Below, one piece after another: positions 7,807 through 14,982 of a stretch of 32,000 nt of DNA. The notes under the pieces were generated by a model, which worked only from the letters and a program-made list of their open reading frames with translations, was not told the DNA's origin and did no database searches. The stretch comes from Candidatus Omnitrophota bacterium (lineage in GTDB: Bacteria > Omnitrophota > Gorgyraeia > 2-01-FULL-45-10). Position 1 is the stretch's first letter; every line of letters starts with the position of its first letter. Position numbers and translations under genes: made by a program. The stretch spans positions 410,821-442,820 of the forward strand of contig JAMWCX010000002.1 in assembly GCA_023818895.1 (NCBI GenBank), written 5' to 3'.

Positions 7807-8187
7807 CTATTTGACTTTCCTCAATTCCTGTTTTATGCGCTTGACGATAAAGAGAATGTCCTGCTGCGACAATTTGAAATTCTTATTCTTGGCTATGCCT
7901 TCCTCAGTTACATCAATGTAATCGGTGATATTGAGGCCGGCGTGTTCCAGGGTCTTTTTCGCGCATTCAACAGAACAACCGTCAATAGCGACTAGCCGTT
8001 TCGCGGACCTCGCCGACTCGATCATGCCGGATATGTGGGCCCCGATGCCGGCAAGGCAGAAGAGAGAACCGACACCCTCCTCAGTCAGATGCACCGCTAC
8101 CCGATTGGCTATCTGGCCGCAGTTTGAGCCTCCCGAACAGGGAAGTATTACAACTTCATTTGCCTGGCACAGACATTCTTTGGCCAT
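7807..8187 (-). CDS. DGC-domain putative zinc/metal-binding protein
   Basis: 126 aa with the motifs LPCSGGSNCGQIANRVA, FCLAGIGAH and AIDGCSVECAKK (the name-giving DGC motif). RBS AAGGAGTG. Confidence 0.75.
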   Translation of the reverse strand: MAKECLCQANEVVILPCSGGSNCGQIANRVAVHLTEEGVGSLFCLAGIGAHISGMIESARSAKRLVAIDGCSVECAKKTLEHAGLNITDYIDVTEEGIAKNKNFKLSQQDILFIVKRIKQELRKVK

Positions 8188-8204
8188 ATATCACTCCTTG
8201 ATCC

Positions 8205-8984
8205 TTAGATTTTTAATTTTTTATACAGCTCTCCGAGAATCGACTTATAAGCGGCTGCGATATCCGCCTCTTTTTCTTTCAGCGGCTTGGCCGGGATCAA
8301 GTCCATTATCTCCGTCTCAGATAGCCCTGACTCGTACATTGCCTTGGCCGCGCCGACTACCATCTTATACAAGCCGTCTTTTGCCTCTATTGAAGATAAA
8401 CCAAATGACTCCGCAATATTTTCTAACTCCTCCCACTGAAACCAGAAATATGTCGGCCCCATCGCGGTCAACATCGCGTATGCTTCGAGCTTCTCCTCGC
8501 TGACAACGGGACAATCTCCAAGAACGCTAAATACGGACTCAACAATCTCCTTGTCGCTTTCGGATAGCGCCTTCGAAAACGCTACTGGATTATATCCAGC
8601 ATTTACTATGGAGCAGGCGTTCGGTATCATCCGGCAGACACGGCCGAAACCGCCCAATAGGGCCGATAGCTTTTCGATCGTAATCTTCGGCGCGAGCGAA
8701 ATTACCATAGCACGCGGCTTGATAAAAGACCTTATCTCTTCCAGAACGCCTGCTATGGCCGGCGGATGCAGGGCGAGGATTATTATCTCCTGCGAAGCGC
8801 TCTTAGAATTATCGCCCCGGACGGTTTCGACCCAGGGAAACCGGCGCCTCAATGAGTCCAGCGCACCGATGTCAACATCGCTGGCGACGATATTTTCCGG
8901 ATATTTGCCGCATCTCTTGAATCCGCCCAGCAATATCCGCGTTACCCTGCCCGAGCCTATAAAACCAATTTTTTTATCTGTCAT
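8205..8984 (-). CDS. Divergent pyrroline-5-carboxylate-reductase-like NAD(P)-binding oxidoreductase
   Basis: Rossmann motif KIGFIGSGRV sits right after the ATG at 8984 (the track's TTG start at 9008 is less likely). It has a ProC-like dimerisation half, but the substrate loop IPNACSIVNAGYNP differs from the usual MPNTP. Confidence 0.7.
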   Translation of the reverse strand: MTDKKIGFIGSGRVTRILLGGFKRCGKYPENIVASDVDIGALDSLRRRFPWVETVRGDNSKSASQEIIILALHPPAIAGVLEEIRSFIKPRAMVISLAPKITIEKLSALLGGFGRVCRMIPNACSIVNAGYNPVAFSKALSESDKEIVESVFSVLGDCPVVSEEKLEAYAMLTAMGPTYFWFQWEELENIAESFGLSSIEAKDGLYKMVVGAAKAMYESGLSETEIMDLIPAKPLKEKEADIAAAYKSILGELYKKLKI

Positions 8985-8991
8985 AACCCGA

Positions 8992-10047
8992 TCAAAACTT
9001 AGGAACAAAAAACCAGAATATTAATCCTGCCACAGTTCCGCATACCCACATCAATGTGGCGTACACCAGAGGCACTCTTGGCTTGACAATTTTACAGACT
9101 CCAAGAATGGAAGGCAGGCTGAGCGCCGGGCCTGTTAAAAGAAAAGCGAGAGCAGCGCCCGTGCCCATGCCTGACTCCAAAAGCCCCCTGACTAACGGAA
9201 CCTCGACCAGTGTAGGGGTGTACATAAACACCCCGATAACTGACGACAGCATTATGGGTAAAATTCCATTACCGAGGTACTTAACTAAAATCCAAGCCGG
9301 CAAAAGAATTTTAACTAATCCGGCACAAATAACGCCAAGCATTATCAACGGAAGCACCATCTTCACAAATTCCCAAGAATAGAGAGACATATTATATAGT
9401 CTTTTTCCAAAACCTAAATTCTCTTGTGGCGCGCTCTCCGCTACCGTATCTATTCGCACCGGCTCAGGTTCAGGAAGTCTATTTTTGAAAATCCTGTCTG
9501 TGGTATAGCCGACAAGGATCCCCGCTGTTATCGCAACGATGATCCTTGCTAAACCGAATTTCCATCCCAAAAGCCCTAATGTGAGAAGGATCGCGGCGGG
9601 ATTATACGCCGGTCCCGTAACAAGAAAAGTGATGGCCGGTCCGAGGCCAGCCCCTCTCTTATAAAGACCGCCAAAAAGAGGTATTATACTGCATGAACAC
9701 ATCGAAAGAAACGGCCCGCCGACTCCAGATACAACGTATGGAGCAAATCCTCTGCCAGAGCCCATAAGTTTTATTATCCTGTCTCTCGGCACAAATTCCT
9801 GAATAGCTCCCGCGGCTATAAACGCCAGAAGAAGGCACAACCAGGAATGTTTCATATAGTCAATGATCGTAAAAACCAAGAACATATGAACGGGTATTTT
9901 GTTCTCTTCCAAAAGTTTTGCGGTTATGACTTTGTTATGCTCCATGGTGGTCTTAAAACCCGACCATGATTCCCCCCACTCATATATTAATATGACTGCA
10001 AATATGAATAATAGTATGCCTATCGCAAAAACCGTCCTTTTATCCAT
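8992..10047 (-). CDS. PF03773/ArsP-type permease, paralog 2
   Basis: 351 aa, polytopic. Carries the motif SMCSCSIIPLFGGLYKRGAGLGPAITFL, with the C-S-C codons at 9691-9699. RBS AGGAGG. Confidence 0.85.
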   Translation of the reverse strand: MDKRTVFAIGILLFIFAVILIYEWGESWSGFKTTMEHNKVITAKLLEENKIPVHMFLVFTIIDYMKHSWLCLLLAFIAAGAIQEFVPRDRIIKLMGSGRGFAPYVVSGVGGPFLSMCSCSIIPLFGGLYKRGAGLGPAITFLVTGPAYNPAAILLTLGLLGWKFGLARIIVAITAGILVGYTTDRIFKNRLPEPEPVRIDTVAESAPQENLGFGKRLYNMSLYSWEFVKMVLPLIMLGVICAGLVKILLPAWILVKYLGNGILPIMLSSVIGVFMYTPTLVEVPLVRGLLESGMGTGAALAFLLTGPALSLPSILGVCKIVKPRVPLVYATLMWVCGTVAGLIFWFFVPKF

Positions 10048-10059
10048 CCTTACCTCCTG

Positions 10060-10293
10060 CTATTCGGAGATCCATTTCTTTATCTCGTCCGGTAGGGGGA
10101 TCCTGCCCGCTGCTTTTATTTTTCCGTCGATCGCGAGGGCGGGAGTGGTCATTATACCGCGGCTTACAATTTGCTGCAAGTCCTCTACTTTTACTATCTC
10201 TGCCTTTATATTTAATTCCTTCGCGGCGGCCTGAGCGTTTTCGTACATTTTTTTACACTTCGGACAGCCCATGCCCAGTATCTCGATCTTCAT
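10060..10293 (-). CDS. Small thioredoxin-fold protein (redox-active disulfide protein 2 type)
   Basis: 77 aa. MKIEILGMGCPKCKK contains the CxxC motif. This is the typical small partner of PF03773 permeases. RBS AGGAGG. Confidence 0.85.
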   Translation of the reverse strand: MKIEILGMGCPKCKKMYENAQAAAKELNIKAEIVKVEDLQQIVSRGIMTTPALAIDGKIKAAGRIPLPDEIKKWISE

Positions 10294-10322
10294 TTTGTGA
10301 TTCCTCCTATTGCTATTGTATC

Positions 10323-10796
10323 TTAAAGCTGTAGAAATTTACACTCTTTATGTTTGACGATAAGAACCGCGCATCCGGCCTTTCTCGAAACCTTATCGAC
10401 TGTGGAGCCTAAAAACGCGTGCCGAAGCTCGCTTCTGCCGTGGCATGACATGACGATCACATCGATACCATGGCTGTGTGCGAACTTGATTATCTCTACA
10501 AACGCGTGTCCTTCTTTGACAACCGCGCCGGCAAATAAGTTCCTTGGAATATAGGACTTGAACTGGTCGAGGCTTCGCTTCTTTTGGCCAACAAACTGTT
10601 TGTGCATCTCATCGCAGATCTTTTCGAGCGGCGGATGGACCTTATGTATCTCTTTGATGTGGAATATATCTTCCTCCACATGCAAGAGATATATCTTGCC
10701 CCCGCAGCATTCGGCAAGCTGCACAGCCGCTTCGAGCGCTTTCTTTGAAAAATGTGAGAAATCTATCGGAACCAGGATCTTTTTAAAGTGCATCAT
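10323..10796 (-). CDS. Universal stress protein (UspA family)
   Basis: 157 aa with KILVPIDFS, DVIVMSCHGRS and GSTVDKVSRKAGCAVLIV (the ATP-binding type USP pattern). Confidence 0.85.
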   Translation of the reverse strand: MMHFKKILVPIDFSHFSKKALEAAVQLAECCGGKIYLLHVEEDIFHIKEIHKVHPPLEKICDEMHKQFVGQKKRSLDQFKSYIPRNLFAGAVVKEGHAFVEIIKFAHSHGIDVIVMSCHGRSELRHAFLGSTVDKVSRKAGCAVLIVKHKECKFLQL

Positions 10797-10810
10797 TCCC
10801 TCCCTTATTT

Positions 10811-12115
10811 TTAGTTAACCATTATTCCGAATACATACCCAACCATAGTCGAAAGCACGACACAGAGCGCGCAGAATGTGAATGTCTTGCGGGGTCCAAG
10901 GATCTTATTGATAACGAGGATGCTTGGCAGGGATAGAGCTGGTCCCGCGAGGAGGAGCGCGAGAGCCGGCCCTTTCCCCATCCCTAAACGCATCAGCATC
11001 TCGACGATTGGTATTTCAGTCAATGTAGCGAAGTACCATAGAGCGCCGATCATTGATGCCACGAAATTCGATAAAAAAGCGTTACCTCCTACGAACGCTG
11101 CGACCGCTTTCTCGGGCAGGATGCCACCGATAAAGCCGGTCACGAACACGCCTCCGAAGAGGAGCGGCACGATCATCATGCCAAAATCCCATGTCGCCTT
11201 CATCCAATCCTTAATTTCGTTTCGAGTGAACCACTTTTTGGCCATGATGAGGACGAAGATAAGCATAAGGCCCGCCAGCGGCCACTTCATCGCGTGAACG
11301 CGCATAACGAAATTGTCTTCAGGTATCACCTTCTCAATATCTTTCTTTTCTAAGCGGACAGCGTCCACCGCCATCTGTCCGTCCGGTTGATATTCTTTGA
11401 CCTCTATGAAGTCCTGGGTCGAATACTGAATGTTCGCCTTCATCTCAGTGCCGCTTTTCATCTTAATGGTGACATCGTTAGTGTTATACCAGTCACTAAA
11501 GACCAGGAACATGATCATACAAAGGAAATAGAGCCCGGTCTTCCAAATAGGCCTGGTCGGATGAGGTGGTGGTGGCATATTCATAGCCATGTTCACGCGC
11601 ACCTGTTCCGTTTTTCGGAAAACGAAGGCCATCGCAAGACCTATAACAAAAGCGAATCCGACCGCGCCGATAACACGGGCAAGCCCTATATCAAACCCGA
11701 GCACGCGCGCCGAAAGGAATACAGCCATGACATTGATCGCCGGCCCTGAATATAGGAAGGCGCTCGCAGGTCCTAGCCCCGCACCCATGGTATAGATACC
11801 GGCAAACATCGGTAGCACGCTGCACGAACAGACCGCCAAAACGATACCCGCGACAGACGCCACCGAATAGGCCATGAAGCGGTTGGCGTCAGGGCCAAGG
11901 TACTTCATAACGGAGGCCTGAGACATAAAGGTGGAGATCGCTCCGGCGATGAACATGGCAGGAACGACGCACGCGAGGGTATGGTTAATAACATACCACT
12001 GGAGGAGCTTGAATGCCTCAAGGATAGCGTTCGTTATTTTCGGGCTTCCCAGCGGCAGGAAATACATAACTAGAAAAATACCCACAAGCCAGTACAGCTT
12101 CTTCAAATCCTTCAT
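10811..12115 (-). CDS. PF03773/ArsP-type permease, paralog 1, with a soluble insertion of about 69 aa
   Basis: 434 aa. Carries the motif AVCSCSVLPMFAGIYTMGAGLGPASAFL, with the C-S-C codons at 11822-11830. A hydrophilic insert spans residues ~208-276 (nt 11288-11494) between the two membrane halves. Confidence 0.85.
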   Translation of the reverse strand: MKDLKKLYWLVGIFLVMYFLPLGSPKITNAILEAFKLLQWYVINHTLACVVPAMFIAGAISTFMSQASVMKYLGPDANRFMAYSVASVAGIVLAVCSCSVLPMFAGIYTMGAGLGPASAFLYSGPAINVMAVFLSARVLGFDIGLARVIGAVGFAFVIGLAMAFVFRKTEQVRVNMAMNMPPPPHPTRPIWKTGLYFLCMIMFLVFSDWYNTNDVTIKMKSGTEMKANIQYSTQDFIEVKEYQPDGQMAVDAVRLEKKDIEKVIPEDNFVMRVHAMKWPLAGLMLIFVLIMAKKWFTRNEIKDWMKATWDFGMMIVPLLFGGVFVTGFIGGILPEKAVAAFVGGNAFLSNFVASMIGALWYFATLTEIPIVEMLMRLGMGKGPALALLLAGPALSLPSILVINKILGPRKTFTFCALCVVLSTMVGYVFGIMVN

Positions 12116-12142
12116 AATACCCCCTCTTACTTTTGTATTAAA

Positions 12143-12463
12143 TCAATTGCCCTCTTTGAGGCCTTTTGTAGGAGGGGCTATCTCACAGCATCCTCCTTCT
12201 ATCCTTATCATCTTTATATTTACGAGACCATCGGCGACCTTTTTACGCGCCGACTCAATTATGCGCGAAAAAGTCGGCCTTGAAATCTTGAGCATCTTTG
12301 CCGCCGTTTCCTGGCGCATGCCGTTTAGGTCGGCAAGCCTCAAAGCCTCGAACTCATCAAGGGTCACAACGACCTCTTCGACCCTCTTATTTTTTTTGCA
12401 TCGCGGGATGAAACGTCTGTCTCCGGGGTTGTATTGGACCCACCGCATCTTTTTTGGTCTCAT
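12143..12463 (-). CDS. DUF134 (UPF0251) family predicted DNA-binding protein
   Basis: 106 aa with RFIPRC, LDEFEALRLADLNGMRQETAAKMLKISRPTFSRIIESARKKVADGL (sigma-70 region-4-like HTH) and a C-terminal GGCCE. RBS GGAGGAAG. Confidence 0.85.
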   Translation of the reverse strand: MRPKKMRWVQYNPGDRRFIPRCKKNKRVEEVVVTLDEFEALRLADLNGMRQETAAKMLKISRPTFSRIIESARKKVADGLVNIKMIRIEGGCCEIAPPTKGLKEGN

Positions 12464-12476
12464 CTCTTCCTCCGAG

Positions 12477-12523
12477 TTATGAACTTATGTTCATAAGTAT
12501 ATCACGCCTTCCTACTTTGTCAA
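12477..12523 (-). promoter_or_regulatory. Sigma70-type promoter plus 20-bp palindromic operator of the DUF134 operon
   Basis: On the minus strand, TTGACA (12523-12518) is followed by a 16-nt spacer and TATACT (12501-12496). The perfect palindrome TTATGAAC-ATAA-GTTCATAA (TTATGAAC-TTAT-GTTCATAA as printed on the plus strand; 12477-12496) then covers the predicted start site, 13 nt before the ATG region. Confidence 0.6.
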
Positions 12524-12550
12524 ATATATTTTTCTGCAGTTACCGACGTC

Positions 12551-12591
12551 CCAACAAAAAGGCCCTGACCGAATACTGCCGATCAGGGCCC
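12551..12591 (-). terminator. Rho-independent terminator after the amidohydrolase gene, insulating the DUF134 operon
   Basis: The minus strand carries the hairpin GGCCCTGATCGG-cagtatt-CGGTCAGGGCC (12561-12590) followed by TTTTTGTTGG. Confidence 0.65.
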
Positions 12592-12746
12592 TAAACATGA
12601 TATCTCTCTAATGTAGAGGTAGGCCTATTATTGGGGTCCCTCTCGCATTAGCCGAGGGGAAACTTCTCGAATTCCAAATAACGCTTATATACAGGAATTA
12701 CCCTGATATATGCATAATATTGAAACTTTAGAGAGGTATATCCCCG

Positions 12747-14443
12747 CTAATTTGCGATAAATATTTTCTCTCCGTTCACGTAAGTAGCAAGAACCCTCAT
12801 ATCTGAGATTTTATCAGGAGGTACTCGCCGGGGATTATCGCTCAATATGATCAAATCAGCAAATTTGCCAACTTCGATGCTTCCCACTTCTTTTTCCATG
12901 AACAATTCGTAAGCGGCGTTAATGGTATAGCCCCTGATCGCGTCATCAATAGATATGCATTCTGCCGGCCCCAAAACATTACCGCCTATAGTCTTCCTCG
13001 TGACTGCTGTTTGAAGCACTTCTATCGGCTTATTAGGAGAGGTCGGACCGTCAAAATGAAAAGCAAAGTTAACTCCGTATTTCTTCGCCGAAGCAACCGG
13101 GCACCAGCGCCTGCCTCTTTTATCACCGACTAAGGTAGGTATGACATCTCCCCAGTATTTAACATGAGCCATAAGAAAAGTAACCTGAACTCCCAGCCTC
13201 TTAGTCCTTTCCAGCTGGTCATCGCGTATCATAGGTACGTGTTGTAAAGCAATTCGATGGTCCGGCCAGGAATATTTTTTTAAACCATTCTCTATCGCAT
13301 CCAAAGCCATCTGAATGGCCTGATCTCCCTCCGCATGAATCTCAGCACCGCGCCTATCCTTCAAACAATTATCAATAAATGTTTGTAGCTCCTCTTGGGT
13401 AACATAAGGTTTTTGCATATAACCGGGCGGGGTCTCCATAATTTTTACCGTAGTATCATTCACAAGATAAGGCTCGGTCATGGTTATGGTGCCGGTCCAG
13501 GGCGAACCATCAATAAATATCTTTCCTCCGTTAACCTTAACCATCTCATCGCCCTCAAAGGGCTGCCATTTTTCGTAATCCACGGCATAACCGCGCAGCC
13601 TTATGGCTTTATATTTCTTAGCCGTTTCTCTATAAATCTCATAAAACTCCGGCAATAAAAATCTGTCTGTAACTCTAGTAATACCATCTCTTGCATTTAT
13701 TTGCCAGGACTTAGCCATGTACCGGACGGATTCGTCCAGATTCGAGAGCTTAGTTTTTAAGAACGGCGCGATAGCCATCTCTATTGGAGCGCCCCGATCA
13801 AGTCTACCGTTTAATTCGCTGTTTGCGTCATGGCCGAAGGTCCCGCCTGCTGCACCGCCAGGATTGGGGGTATTCTTGTCAATTCCAGCCAGTTGGAAGA
13901 CCTTGCTGTTTACAAAAGCGATGTGATTACTGTTCCCCATATAAAAAGAGGATTATCTGGGGCCATGGCATCAAGCTCTTGTATAGTCGGATTCTTGAGA
14001 CCCTTTTGCACAAGAGGATCCCAGCCAAAGAAAACCAGGTATTCTCCCGGTTTTGCGTTGGCGATCCTATCCTTAATAACCCTCATGATCTCTGCGCCGT
14101 CCCTATAAAAGGCCGGCCGGATATCAGTTGTAAAATTCTCTATCACCATTTTCTCGTAGGGATGTGAATGGGTTTCCACGAAACCCGGCATGAGGGTCTT
14201 CCCTTTTAAATCAACCATCTTCGTCGCCTGACCTCTGTGTCTTAAGACTTCTTTTTCGCTACCTACGGTAATGATCTTGCCGTCTTTAATCGCAACGGCT
14301 TGCGCTTCGGTCATGTTTTTATCTACGGTGAGAATGGTGCCGTGATAAAAGATCGTATCCGCTGATGGTTTCTTAGCGCAACCAGAAAAAATGAATGCTA
14401 AAGATAAAATAATAAAAATACCTTTTAATTTTTTACAAAACAT
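12747..14443 (-). pseudogene. Amidohydrolase-3 family metal-dependent hydrolase (lipoprotein), split by a 1-nt frameshift
   Basis: The N-terminal part runs from the true ATG at 14443 to 13910 and carries the lipobox LAFIFSGC and the metal motif ETHSHP. The C-terminal part (13940-12747) continues the same family. The frames join if the T5 run (A5 at 13943-13947 on plus) is T6, giving ...DNPLFYMGNSNHIAFVNSK... and about 565 aa. Confidence 0.8.
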
Positions 14444-14465
14444 ATATTCCTTCGTTTTATAAAAA

Positions 14466-14544
14466 TGGGGTGGGCGAGGGGATTTGAACCCCCGACACCT
14501 TGGGCCACAGCCAAGTGCTCTAGCCAAGCTGAGCTACGCCCACC
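14466..14544 (-). tRNA. tRNA-His (GTG) with encoded G-1 and CCA
   Basis: GGTGGGCGTAGCTCAGCTTGGCTAGAGCACTTGGCTGTGGCCCAAGGTGTCGGGGGTTCAAATCCCCTCGCCCACCCCA folds as a cloverleaf by hand. The anticodon loop is CTGTGGC. Confidence 0.95.
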
Positions 14545-14622
14545 GAATTTCTTTCTAGTTTTGCATGATTCGAAATTCGTCCCGAGAAGCCAACAACCAA
14601 TAGCATTCTAGTGACTATCGCT

Positions 14623-14982
14623 CTACTTCTTCGTATCCAGCCACTCGTTCCACTCGGCGACCTTGCCGTCGACAAGCTTGAAGGTAACAGACCTCACCCC
14701 TTCTGCCGTCGCGCTGATTTGGTATGTCCAGGACTCTTCCTTACCCGCCGCTGTCACCTTGCTCTGGGCAAACCTGTAGAATAAGGCGTCTTGTTTGGGC
14801 TTGCCTTCCGGCGGATAGCCGATCAAAGAAACGAGCTGATCCTTAGTCATGCCGACCTTGAGGCCGTCGCCCTGGAGCGCCTCGGCGATCTTTTTATTCT
14901 CAAACAACCCTGCGTACGCCGTAGCGGAGAACATTATCACACACGCAAGGGCGCAGACAAGAACTATTTTTGCCATGGCCAT
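14623..14982 (-). CDS. Secreted SmpA/OmlA (BamE-like) domain protein
   Basis: The ATG at 14982 has RBS GGAAGGGGGA; the longer track ORF is an artefactual extension. Signal peptide ends in ATAYA-G. The motif LKVGMTKDQLVSLIGYP is typical of the SmpA_OmlA fold. Confidence 0.55.
   Translation of the reverse strand: MAMAKIVLVCALACVIMFSATAYAGLFENKKIAEALQGDGLKVGMTKDQLVSLIGYPPEGKPKQDALFYRFAQSKVTAAGKEESWTYQISATAEGVRSVTFKLVDGKVAEWNEWLDTKK

Noticed and set aside
12592-12746. A 155-nt untranslated stretch between the amidohydrolase stop and its terminator, containing small hairpins (e.g. CCCTCG...CGAGAGGG). Considered as a possible sRNA or riboswitch.
   Set aside because: The stems are short and bulged, no known riboswitch core was recognised, and there is no independent promoter. 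A covariance search would be needed, so it is not supportable from the sequence alone.
13930-13950. Programmed -1 ribosomal frameshift as the explanation for the split amidohydrolase.
   Set aside because: The site (CTT TTT ATA) is not a canonical X XXY YYZ heptamer, and I saw no convincing downstream stimulatory structure. A homopolymer indel is the simpler explanation.
6080-14544. The idea that the DUF134 operon plus amidohydrolase is a genomic island integrated at the 3' end of tRNA-His.
   Set aside because: I found no integrase, recombinase or transposase gene. I also found no direct repeat of the tRNA-His 3' segment near 5908-6079, and no obvious compositional break by eye.
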